40,634 bases of DNA from Nitrospinia bacterium (GCA_029261755.1 JAJDAS010000068.1:1-40634), one strand, 5' to 3'. Positions 24,499 to 34,700 are shown, counted from the first letter of the stretch. The notes: generated from the sequence alone by a model not told the origin. A program made the numbers and translations.

Positions 24499-26987
24499 TG
24501 ATGGAATTTTTTAAAAAGCACAACATTACCATTCTCTGTCTCACCCTCATCATCTCTCTATCTTCCCTCGCCGTTTATAATTATTTCCATCAGAAAGATA
24601 TCCTCCTCCAGCAATTAAACGTGGATACGGACAATATTGTCCAATCCGTGACCTCCAGTATTTCCAAGTTTTCGGCCATCAAGGACGTAATGAACATCCA
24701 GGACCTGATCAAGAACATCTCCTTAAAACTGGATATTTTTGAATTTCGTTACCTGGATAAAGACGGAATCATTCTGAATTCCATGTTTACGGAGGAAATC
24801 GGGAAAAAGTTTGAACGTCCCAATTTCGACATCTCGGATAAAAGCAAACTTGGAGAATTTTATCAGGATGAACGGGACATGACCAGTGTCCTTGCCATCT
24901 CCTTCCCGGTAAACAGGGATGAAGAGTTAATAAGTATTGTAGACCTTGCGGTGGATATTTCAGAATTCGATTATACTTCCGAGGAAGCCAAAGAGGCATC
25001 CATTCAAAGGATGCAAACGGACGTCACCAACTTGGTTAATTCAATTGCGAGTTCCGTCCTGACCAGCCTTTCCATTATTGAAACCGTAGATTTCTTCGAC
25101 TTTTTGAATAACTTCCTTAAATCTACGGAAAATATCGTGGAAGTGGCCATACTCGATAAAGACGGGAAAGTGACGGTGAGCAGCAACCCGGAAAGGACCG
25201 GCAAAGACCTGGGGAAGGAAACTACCCAAACCCAAAGGGGATTTATGGTTGAACAGGGGAAAGATATTTATAGGATTATCGACCACATCGATCCTGACAA
25301 ACCCGAGGGTAGCCATCTTATGCTGCTTATAGACGCCACTTCCTATGTCTCCAACGTAAGGCAAATGCTTTATACGGCCATTGCTACCTCCCTGTTCACC
25401 ATCATCTTTGCATTGACCATCGCCTATTCCATTTACCGGATTAACCTGGAAAGGGCCAAAAAGGAAAACGCGTGCTTGGAGGCAAAGGTCAAGGAAAGGA
25501 CCAAGGAGGTTGGGGACATCCTGGACAACGTGGGACAAAGCATACTAACCGTTTCGGAAGACCTGATAGTCAATCCGGAATATTCGCTGACATCCGAAGA
25601 GATCTTTGAGCAAAAACCTGCCGGGATATCTGTGGAGAAGCTTTTGTACCAGACTGAGGAGGGTGAAACAACCTTCAAAGATTGGGCAAATTTTGTCTTT
25701 GGTGACGACAGGCTAATAGATATGGACGGTCTGATTGATATTGCCGACAAAGAGATCACTATCACAGTTGGAGAAAAAAACAAAATCATCCACGCCGAGT
25801 ATCGCCCCATTTATGAAGAAGGATCGGAAAAGGTTAAAAAAATAATGTTGGTTTTAACGGATATAACTCAGCAAAAAGAAATGGAGGCCCAAAACGCCAA
25901 GGAAAGAGAAGAGCACGAACAAGTGGTCAAAATCTTAAGAGACCAGGACTCCTTCTTTTCTTTTCTCAATGATTCGAAGACTATCATTCAAGACGCTGAG
26001 CGGATTCTCGAAAAGTTGATGGAGGAAGAAATGGATCACACTCCTTTAATCAACGAATTATTTAGGGGAATGCATACCATCAAAGGAACGGCTGCGGTAT
26101 TTTCCATTCACAATGTCTCTTTACTAGCCCACGATATTGAAAACACCTTTAACGATATCCGCCAAAAGAAAGAGAAAATAGAGCCGGAGCTTACAGAAGA
26201 TTTGCGGGAAAAAATCCAAAAACTTTTTGATAACCTGGAGGGCGTTGTCACAACCTTGGGCCAACTTGTGGGAGAATCCTTTGGAACAGGGCATAAGGTA
26301 GTTAAGGTCAAGGAAGAAAAAATTACCTCCTTCAGGAAATTACTGGAAGATGCCAAGGCGTCTGATAGCATCCGCAAAGAACTTACCCAGGGTTTCCGAG
26401 ACCTACTTAAAGTCCCCATTGGTAGGGCCTTCCGCAAATTCCCGGAAATGGCGCAGCTCACGGCGGAAAAACTCGGCAAGGCGGTACATTTGGAAGTTAT
26501 AGGAGGAGACCTGGAAATAGAAAAAGAAATAGAAGACATCCTCAGCGCACCCATGACTCATATAATCCGTAATTCCGTGGACCACGGTATAGAAGACCCT
26601 TCGGGCAGGGCCATGATGGAAAAACCGGAGACAGGGTCGGTTATTGTGGATTGTAAATTGGAAGAAAATCATGTGGTCATCCGAATTAAGGATGATGGCA
26701 AGGGAATTGACCCGGAAGTGATTAAAAAATTGGTTTTGAAAAAAGGCTTTATGCCTGAGGCAGAGGTTGCCAAGCTATCGGACCAGGAGGCCATTTTTCT
26801 TATTTTTCATCCGGGCTTCAGTTCCAAAGAAGAGACCACCGACCTTTCCGGACGAGGGGTCGGCATGGACGTGGTGAGGACGGAAGTGGAAAAATGCGGT
26901 GGCACCGTGGAGCTGGAGAGCGAGGTCATGAAAGGAACTACCATTACTTTAAGAATTCCTGAATCCATCCAAAGCGCGACTGGCTAA
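24498..26987 (+). CDS. Membrane sensor fused to a CheA-type kinase core (shared sensor domain, paralogue 3): HPt + CheA-like ATPase, no CheW-like domain
   Basis: The N-terminal about 330 aa are paralogous to the other two kinases. HPt motif 'FRGMHTIKGTAAVFS' (His codon 26073-26075). CheA-style core: 'VPIGRAFRKFPEMAQLTAEKLGKAVHLEVIGGDLEIEKEI', 'HIIRNSVDHGIE', 'DDGKGID', 'SGRGVGMDVV'. The protein ends about 30 aa after the G2 box, and no HisKA H-box is present. ATG 24498 overlaps the upstream TAA by 1 nt; an alternative ATG is at 24501. Confidence 0.85.
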   Translation: MMEFFKKHNITILCLTLIISLSSLAVYNYFHQKDILLQQLNVDTDNIVQSVTSSISKFSAIKDVMNIQDLIKNISLKLDIFEFRYLDKDGIILNSMFTEEIGKKFERPNFDISDKSKLGEFYQDERDMTSVLAISFPVNRDEELISIVDLAVDISEFDYTSEEAKEASIQRMQTDVTNLVNSIASSVLTSLSIIETVDFFDFLNNFLKSTENIVEVAILDKDGKVTVSSNPERTGKDLGKETTQTQRGFMVEQGKDIYRIIDHIDPDKPEGSHLMLLIDATSYVSNVRQMLYTAIATSLFTIIFALTIAYSIYRINLERAKKENACLEAKVKERTKEVGDILDNVGQSILTVSEDLIVNPEYSLTSEEIFEQKPAGISVEKLLYQTEEGETTFKDWANFVFGDDRLIDMDGLIDIADKEITITVGEKNKIIHAEYRPIYEEGSEKVKKIMLVLTDITQQKEMEAQNAKEREEHEQVVKILRDQDSFFSFLNDSKTIIQDAERILEKLMEEEMDHTPLINELFRGMHTIKGTAAVFSIHNVSLLAHDIENTFNDIRQKKEKIEPELTEDLREKIQKLFDNLEGVVTTLGQLVGESFGTGHKVVKVKEEKITSFRKLLEDAKASDSIRKELTQGFRDLLKVPIGRAFRKFPEMAQLTAEKLGKAVHLEVIGGDLEIEKEIEDILSAPMTHIIRNSVDHGIEDPSGRAMMEKPETGSVIVDCKLEENHVVIRIKDDGKGIDPEVIKKLVLKKGFMPEAEVAKLSDQEAIFLIFHPGFSSKEETTDLSGRGVGMDVVRTEVEKCGGTVELESEVMKGTTITLRIPESIQSATG

Positions 26988-27106
26988 TGGCTATTTAAGT
27001 ATTTTGCTGATTTTGACATGCTGCTTTGAATCTGATATCTTTTTGTAGCTTTTTCATCTGATTACCTTTCTTTACCAGAATCACCTTTTTTTTTACAGGA
27101 GCGCTT

Positions 27107-28780
27107 ATGTCAGAAGAAGACTTTTTGTTTGCCAAAGAAGATACAGATATAAATACAGGTGCCTGGAAAGTGCTCGTTGTGGATGATGAAAAAGACGTCC
27201 ATGATTTGACTAGCCTTGTTCTCTCCGATTTCAAATATCTTGGGAAATCTCTCCGGTTTTTGAATGCCCTATCGGGTGAAGAAGGAAGAAAAATCATAGA
27301 AGAAAACTCCGACATCGCCATGATTTTGCTTGACGTGGTTATGGAAACGGATGACGCGGGTCTGAAACTGGTGGATTTCATCCGCAAGGAAAAGGGGCTT
27401 CATGCCGTTCGTATCATCTTGAGAACAGGTCAACCCGGAAGCGCACCAGAGCGTAGCGTTATTGACAATTACGACATTGACGGCTATAAGGCAAAAACCG
27501 AACTAACGTCCCAAAAACTCTACACGACTGTTAGGAGCGCCCTGAAAAATTTTAACGATATCCGTATTGCGGAAGAAAGCCAACGTAACCTGAAAATTGC
27601 CGAGGAAACATCAGAGCTTAGGGAAAGCCTGACTTCCATGATCATCCACGACCTAAAAAACCCCCTTTCTACTATTCGGTCCGTTCTGGAGCTATGGAAA
27701 TCAAACAGCCTTTTCTCCATTGACCCTGACCTGTTTTTCCAGCTAAAGCTTATCTCGCAAGCCTCGGAAACGATTTCCGAGATGGTGCTTGAGCAATTGA
27801 GTCTTTCTCAACTGGAAGCCGGGAGATATGAACCCAAGAATGAACTTGTTGATCTCAACCAGCTTGCACGTTTCATTTACCTAAGCAATTCCCAGGATTT
27901 TGATGATTCTCTGAAGTTTGAATTTTACGCCTCTCCAACCGTCTTTCCTCAACTCTACCAGGACAAAGAACTTATTCGAAGGACTGTGACCAATCTTTTT
28001 AGCAACGCTATTAGGCATACTCCCAAAGGATTTGTAAAAATATCTTTTGAATATGACGAAGGAACCGAAACATTAACGATTTCCGTTTCCGATTCGGGAA
28101 TAGGAATCAAGGAAGAAGATATTCCCCACCTTTTTGACAAATTTTATCAGGCGGTTAGCCATCATAAAAAAAGTTCTAATTTCGGGATCGGCTTAAGTTT
28201 TTGCGATTTTGCGGTAAAAGCCATGGGTGGGACCATTAGTGTTAAGAGCGTCATTGGACAGGGGACGGATTTCATTATTTCCATCCCCGCTAAAAAAGGA
28301 GAGAAGACATGCGAACCCTATGAACTTCCCTCTTTGGAGCCGGTAAAGAAAGAGGCCCTCCAACAAGAACCGCAGGATCGGAAAGGACCAGGCCAAGAAG
28401 AATCGGGCTCGCCTGAAGACTTAGGAATTAAAGTTCTCCTCGTAGACGACAGCTCCACCATCAGAAAAATAATGACCGCGTTTTTGAAAAAATTTGGCAT
28501 TTTCCAGGTAGACGAAGCCAGAGATGGAAAATTGGGAGTGGATAAAATCAGTGAAAATCCTTATGATCTGGTCTTTTTTGATATCAGTATGCCGATAATG
28601 GGCGGGCTTGAGGCCGCAAAGATAGTAAAATCAAAATTTCCCGATCTGCGCATTGTGATGCTAACCGCTGAATTCCAAAAAAGGGAAGAAGCAAAAATCA
28701 TAGGCGTAACCTCTTTTTTAACAAAACCGTTTACTTTTGATAGTATCCAAGAGTGCTTGAAAAACTTAGGTATCATTTAG
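27107..28780 (+). CDS. Receiver('RTGQPG' type)-histidine kinase-receiver hybrid
   Basis: N-terminal REC variant: 'WKVLVVDDEKDV', 'ILLDVVMETDDAG', 'VRIILRTGQPGSAPE', 'YDIDGYKAKTELT'. H-box 'IIHDLKNPL', N 'NLFSNAIRHTP', G1 'DSGIGI'. C-terminal canonical REC: 'VLLVDDSS', 'VFFDISMPIMGG', 'TKPF'. Confidence 0.88.
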   Translation: MSEEDFLFAKEDTDINTGAWKVLVVDDEKDVHDLTSLVLSDFKYLGKSLRFLNALSGEEGRKIIEENSDIAMILLDVVMETDDAGLKLVDFIRKEKGLHAVRIILRTGQPGSAPERSVIDNYDIDGYKAKTELTSQKLYTTVRSALKNFNDIRIAEESQRNLKIAEETSELRESLTSMIIHDLKNPLSTIRSVLELWKSNSLFSIDPDLFFQLKLISQASETISEMVLEQLSLSQLEAGRYEPKNELVDLNQLARFIYLSNSQDFDDSLKFEFYASPTVFPQLYQDKELIRRTVTNLFSNAIRHTPKGFVKISFEYDEGTETLTISVSDSGIGIKEEDIPHLFDKFYQAVSHHKKSSNFGIGLSFCDFAVKAMGGTISVKSVIGQGTDFIISIPAKKGEKTCEPYELPSLEPVKKEALQQEPQDRKGPGQEESGSPEDLGIKVLLVDDSSTIRKIMTAFLKKFGIFQVDEARDGKLGVDKISENPYDLVFFDISMPIMGGLEAAKIVKSKFPDLRIVMLTAEFQKREEAKIIGVTSFLTKPFTFDSIQECLKNLGII

Positions 28781-29061
28781 AGCATTAAAAAAAAGATAGC
28801 GGCATATTCTTTGCAATATTAACAAAACGGCTAAACTATTAACAAAGCAAGAGTTACTATGAATTTTACTTAGAAGCTTTTGAATTCGGCGCGCATTTAA
28901 ATTTGTCGAGAAGTTTATTTGCCTGAATATACCGGGACAGCCGTGCAATCTGCCATGGCAATTTGCATGATTTATGCATTTTACAAGACTTCAAGTCCAA
29001 TCATTTCGAATATCGAGCTTTAGGAGGGTTTTATAAATTGCCTGTTGCCAAAGAAAATCAA

Positions 29062-30387
29062 ATGTTAAATAGCGAACTGATTTTCGCTGATGAAAATTCC
29101 GGCGAGGATATGCAAGACCAGGGGACCTGGAAGGTAATGATTGTGGACGATGAACCGGAGGTTCATAGTGTTACGGAACTGGCTCTTGGAAATTTTGAAT
29201 TTGAAGGGAAACCACTGGAATTCATTAATGCATACTCCGGAGAAGAGGCGAAGCTATTAATCCAGGACCACTTCGACACTGCGCTGATCCTTCTGGATGT
29301 GGTTATGGAGAAGGATGACTCTGGCCTCAAGTTCGTACAATACGTCCGGAATGAGTTGAAGCATTATCTTGTGAGAATCATTTTACGAACCGGACAGCCG
29401 GGGTACGCGCCTGAAAAGCAGGTCATAGTGGATTACGATATCAACGACTATAAGTCTAAGGCGGAGCTTACAGCAACCAATCTCTTTGCCTCGGTTGTAG
29501 CGGCGTTGAGGGGATCTCGGGATTTAAGGTCCCTGGAAAAAACCAGAAATGAATTAGAAGAAATTGCAAAAGCCGCCGGGCAGTTTGTACCTATTGAGTT
29601 TTTAAAGCACTTAGAAAAGAAAAGCATTGTGGATGTAAAACTGGGAGATTGCGTCCAGCTTAATATGTCGGTTCTTTTTGCGGATATTCGTTCTTTTGCT
29701 TCCCTTTCGGAAAATATGAGCCCTCAGGAAAATTTCCAATTCCTGAATTCCTTCCTAAAGCTTATGGGGCCTCACATTACGGAACATAATGGCTTTATCG
29801 ATAAGTACATAGGCGATGCGATCATGTCCTTATTTGACTCACCGGAAAACGCGGTTTCAGCAGCCATTGCCATGCTCCGGGAGCTTCGTGACTTTAATGA
29901 AGGGCGTGGGAAGGCCGGTGATCCTCTTATTCGCATTGGAACCGGAATCAATACCGGGACCCTTATGTTGGGAACCATCGGCGGGATTAACCGCATGGAA
30001 GGGACCGTTATCAGCGATGCGGTCAATCTGGCATCGCGCATTGAACAACTTACAAAAGCCTATAAGACGCCGCTTTTAATCAGTGAAAAAACCTACTCGG
30101 GATTGCCCGATCCCGGCAAATTTTGTATTCGATTTCTTGATCGCGTGAAGGTTAAAGGCAAATCCCAAGGGATTGCGGTTTATGAGGTTTTTGACGCGGA
30201 TTCTCCCGCTGTTCGGGAAGGCAAAATAAAAACACAAGAGATTTTTGAAAAAGCCTGGTCGCTTTATGGTCAAAAGGATTTGAGTGGGGCCAGGGGCTTG
30301 TTTGAGGAATGCCTGGCAGAAAATCCGGGAGATACCGTGGCCAAAATCTATGTGGAAAGATGCTTGAATCCAGTGAGAAGCGGTTAG
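29062..30387 (+). CDS. Receiver('RTGQPG' type)-class III adenylate/guanylate cyclase
   Basis: Start set at ATG 29062 by analogy with the paralogue N-termini (acidic leader, then 'WKVMIVDDEPEV'); the track start at 28963 is a TTG. 'VRIILRTGQPGYAPE' is present. Cyclase domain: 'VLFADIRSFASLSE', 'KYIGDAIMSLF', 'IRIGTGINTGTLMLGTIGG', 'TVISDAVNLASRIE'. A TPR-like C-terminal tail follows. Confidence 0.88.
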   Translation: MLNSELIFADENSGEDMQDQGTWKVMIVDDEPEVHSVTELALGNFEFEGKPLEFINAYSGEEAKLLIQDHFDTALILLDVVMEKDDSGLKFVQYVRNELKHYLVRIILRTGQPGYAPEKQVIVDYDINDYKSKAELTATNLFASVVAALRGSRDLRSLEKTRNELEEIAKAAGQFVPIEFLKHLEKKSIVDVKLGDCVQLNMSVLFADIRSFASLSENMSPQENFQFLNSFLKLMGPHITEHNGFIDKYIGDAIMSLFDSPENAVSAAIAMLRELRDFNEGRGKAGDPLIRIGTGINTGTLMLGTIGGINRMEGTVISDAVNLASRIEQLTKAYKTPLLISEKTYSGLPDPGKFCIRFLDRVKVKGKSQGIAVYEVFDADSPAVREGKIKTQEIFEKAWSLYGQKDLSGARGLFEECLAENPGDTVAKIYVERCLNPVRSG

Positions 30388-30451
30388 ATACTTACACGTT
30401 AAGTCTGAGAAGTCATCTCTCCGAATTAAAAAATAACTCAACTGACCCATT

Positions 30452-31690
30452 ATGTTTGAAGAAGATTCCGATTTATTGATTTTCAAGGAAGAAGAGGAAG
30501 GTACCGAATATCCTTCGGAAGCTCCCTGGAAAGTAATGATTGTGGATGATGAAGAAGACGTCCATGAAATGACGAAGATGACTCTTGACTCCATTACCTT
30601 CGAAAATAAGGGATTGCAGTTTGTCAGTGCCTTTTCCGGCGGGGAAGCCAAAAGACTCCTGAGTGAAAATTCCGACATAGCCTTAATCCTTTTGGACGTT
30701 GTAATGGAGACCGATGACGCAGGTCTGCGTGTGGTCAAATTTATTCGTCAGGACCAGGAGAATCATATGGTTCGGATCATTCTTCGCACAGGCCAGCCTG
30801 GTGTTGCCCCGGAAAATAAGGTGGTCGTGGATTACGATATCAATGACTATAAAGAAAAGGCGGAACTTACCTCTCAAAAGATGTTTACCTCAGTTATATC
30901 CTCCCTAAGGTCTTACCGTAACATAACGGAACTTGTGGAACAGGATAGGGCCGAACAGGAGATGAAAAAGGCGAAGGAAATAGCCGAGGAAAAGGCCAAG
31001 CTCAAAGACCTTTTTGTTTCCATAGTGGCGCATGATTTAAGAAATCCCTTGTCTACGATCAAGGGTTTTGTAGAACTTGTCGTTGGAGATAAAGCACATC
31101 CTGTTTCTGAAAAACATTCCCAATGTCTCACGCGAACTTTAAATGTCACGACAAACCTGATTGAAATGACCAAGAGACTTCTCTCTGTCGGCATCATGAG
31201 TTCCGGTAAGATGGAGCTTCACAAAGAACTTTTTGATGGCAACGAGACAGTGGCAATGCTTGTCGAACGCTTAGAGCCCTCGGCTGAAGGGAAAGGGGTC
31301 GAACTTATTAACAGCGTGTCAAAAACTAAAATCTTCGCGGATCGTGAACTCTTTAACCAAGTCATTCATAACTTGGTATCAAACGCTATGAAGTTCAGTA
31401 ACCCGAACGGCAAAATCCTCATATTTACTGTGGAGGGAGAACCCACCTGCATAGCCGTGAAAGACGAGGGTACGGGAATTGGTGAGAAAATCTTGCCGGA
31501 TATATTTAAGCATGAGATAAAAACCACTAGACTTGGAACAGCAGGTGAAAGAGGAACGGGACTTGGCCTCCCTTACTGCAAAGACATTATGGAGGCCCAC
31601 GGCGGGACACTGACCATTGAAACGACTCCCGAGAAAGGGAGCATTTTTTACGCCCGACTGCCGGAAGGAGAAAAAATCACTGACCATTAA
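30452..31690 (+). CDS. Receiver('RTGQPG' type)-histidine kinase
   Basis: 'WKVMIVDDEEDV', 'ILLDVVMETDDAG', 'VRIILRTGQPGVAPE'. H-box 'VAHDLRNPL', N 'NLVSNAMKFSNP', G1 'DEGTGI', G2 'GTGLGLPYCKDI'. Confidence 0.9.
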   Translation: MFEEDSDLLIFKEEEEGTEYPSEAPWKVMIVDDEEDVHEMTKMTLDSITFENKGLQFVSAFSGGEAKRLLSENSDIALILLDVVMETDDAGLRVVKFIRQDQENHMVRIILRTGQPGVAPENKVVVDYDINDYKEKAELTSQKMFTSVISSLRSYRNITELVEQDRAEQEMKKAKEIAEEKAKLKDLFVSIVAHDLRNPLSTIKGFVELVVGDKAHPVSEKHSQCLTRTLNVTTNLIEMTKRLLSVGIMSSGKMELHKELFDGNETVAMLVERLEPSAEGKGVELINSVSKTKIFADRELFNQVIHNLVSNAMKFSNPNGKILIFTVEGEPTCIAVKDEGTGIGEKILPDIFKHEIKTTRLGTAGERGTGLGLPYCKDIMEAHGGTLTIETTPEKGSIFYARLPEGEKITDH

Positions 31691-31752
31691 TGCTCGTTTA
31701 TTGTCATGGACTGCCATTTACTGACGGCGAAACCAAATGACCAATGACCATT

Positions 31753-34700
31753 TTATTTGCCGGTAATTCTCATGGGCAAATGAAGGGTAAAGGTGGTCCC
31801 CTTCTCCGGTTCGCTTTCACACTCTACCCTGCCCCCCAAGGTTTTATTCACGATATTGAAAACGATGTTCAGACCCAACCCTGTTCCCCCAGTCCCACGC
31901 TTAGTGGTAAAGAACGGATCAAAGATTTTTTTCAGATTTTCCTCCGGTATACCTTTGCCGTCATCAATGTACTTCAAAACAACCTCATGGCCTTCCCGAG
32001 AGGCGGTTATTTTTATATTTCCGCTTTCATCGTTTGTAAAGGCATGGTTTATGGAGTTCATGATGAAATTGGTTATCACCTGGGCCAATGCTCCGGGAAA
32101 ACTATCCATTTGAATATCTTCCGAGCAGATCACTTCCACCTGGTGGGACCTCTTTTTTAGTTCCGGGTTGAGGCTCATCACAATATCATTAAGATAAGAT
32201 TTAAGGTTAAAGACCCTCTTTTCCTGACTAGTCTGGTCCGCTGAAACCATCTTGAAGCTTTTCACGAGATCCGCTGTCCGGAGAAGATTTTTTAAGATCA
32301 AGTTGCAGCTTTTGCCGGCTTCCGAGAAATATTTCACCAAATCCGTTTTTTTCATGGCGTTTTTTTCAAAATCAGAGGTAATGCTTTTGGTGGATCCTTC
32401 AAAGTAAGAAGCCGCTGTCACTCCAATGCCTATGGGAGTGTTGATTTCATGGGCCACGCCTGCTACCAACTGTCCGAGGGAGGCCATTTTTTCCGACTGA
32501 ACCAGTTGTTCCTGGCTTTCTTCCAGCTCCCGGTTGGTCTTTTTCAGTTCGTCCATGGTCTCTCGGAGATCTGCGGTGCGTTCATCCACTTTCTGTTCCA
32601 GGGTGTGGCTGTATTCCTCCAGTTTTTCGTGGGACTTTCTTAGGTTTTCTGTTGTGGCCTCCAGGTTGGTATAGAGGCGAGCGTTTTCAATGGAGATGGC
32701 TACCTGGGAGGAGAGCAGACCCAAGACCTCCAATCGGTCCGGGGTAAAAGCCCCAGTGGTGAGATTGTTTTCCAGGTAAAAAATGCCGGTTAGTTTTCCC
32801 TTGTATACTATGGGGACGCACATGATGGATTTGGGCCTGTTTTTCAGGACATAGGAGTCATTGGTAAACATCCCTTCATTGGCAACGTCATTCAAGACCA
32901 CATTTACTCCTATCCTTTTCACGTAACGGATGATTGCCTCAGCAAGATCCTGTCTTGTTTCAATGGGAATTGACTGCAACACGGCCACATCCTCTTTGTC
33001 CACGCGTCCCTCTGCTTCGATTACCAGTTGGCCTTCCTTTTCCAGTACAAGGAAACCTTTTTGGGCGCCTGCGTTTTCCATGACAACCTTCACGAGCCTT
33101 TCCAATAACTTTTCCAACATGATTTCACCGGAAAGGGCCTGGGATGCCTTAATAACCGTAGCCACATCCAAGACCTCCGAGGTGCTGTCGGAAGATGAAG
33201 TGGAGTCTGCCGTGGTATCAGTGGTGGACAAGGTCAACTCTTGTGTTGTTGTCATACCCGCCGAAGACCTGGTGGATGCGATTTGCGGATATTTTTCATC
33301 GATACATTTTACCTTTGCAAAGGCGCCCCATTTGAGGTAAGCGAAACGGGCCTCCCTTATATAGGCCCTGCCGATGACGTCGGATCCATTAGCCAGATGA
33401 AACTTTGCGGCCAACTCATTGGCAATGGCCTCATCCTGAACAAATTCATTAGTCCGGGCGGACTTGATAGATCGGTCGTATAACTTTAACGCCTCGTTTA
33501 CATCTCCGGAAATCCTGGCCATTTCAGCTACAATCAGCAGGTATTGATGGAGGAAATTTTCCGGGCAGTTATCGGCCCATCTTTTCATCTTTTTCTGATT
33601 TCTTCTCAAGGTCTTCAGGAACATTCTTTTTTCTCCGGCCGAGGCAGATGGGTAGAGGGCCGTGAGAACCAATGAATAGTAAAAATAATGGGTGGGAACA
33701 AAGACCTGACCCATGGAGACCTCTATAATCATATCCGACTCCATAGCCATTTTTTGAGCCGTTGCAAAGTCTTCAAATATAAATAGGGTCTGACATTTAT
33801 TAATGTAATACCATGAGACGGGTACTTTTTCACTGCTTTTTTTCATCTCTTCCAGATGGCGGTCCTCATCAAAGTTGTCATCGCTGAAGCTTCCCGGCTC
33901 ACGAGTGGAACCTTTAAGGCTCAACACTTTTTTCTGAGTTAAAAGAAAAAAGTTGGCGGTGTCGTAATCTTTTATTTTATTCGCGAAATCGAGGTATTTT
34001 TGGGCCTTTTGAAAGAGGTCGTCCAGAGGGAGGCCCTTTACATTTAAGGAAAAAATTAAGGCATCGGCGGAATATCCGGCGAAAATCAAATTTCCGCAAT
34101 CCATGGAATGTTGATAAGCCTTTGAACAAAAGTCCAGGTTCGTTCGGATATGGCTTCTCCAGATATTCAGGAAAATTCCGAACATGCTTTGGCATTTTCC
34201 TATGTAATTGATGTTCTGATATTTCTGGCTGACCTTCAATGCCAGTTGTCCAAACTCATAACCGGCCTTGTATCTTCCGAATCCCGATCCAATGATCAGC
34301 CCAAAGCAGCTATATGCGTATGAAGAGATGTCAGCGTTTCCATATTTCAAGGATATATTGACCATTTTCATGGTCACCAAGGCCAGTAGGTCCTGGCTGG
34401 TGAAATAGGCCGGGACCGTTAAATTCATCAAAAGACTCATAATGGATAATTTCTCCGGCTCTTTCAAATCCGGTAAATCAATGAGATTCTCGATTTTTTT
34501 ATTACGAAGTTTCCATATAATTTTTAACAATTCGGGAACTATGTTTACGGGGCCAGGTTTGGCTGGTATGATCTCTCCGAACAATTTCAAGCCCTGTATG
34601 CCCAGTTCCACGGCTTTATGGTTATCCCCGCTATTGGTGCATAAGACCATTTCCAAGTTGAATACTTTCGCTTTTTCCTGTCTGGTTTTCGCGTTTTTTA

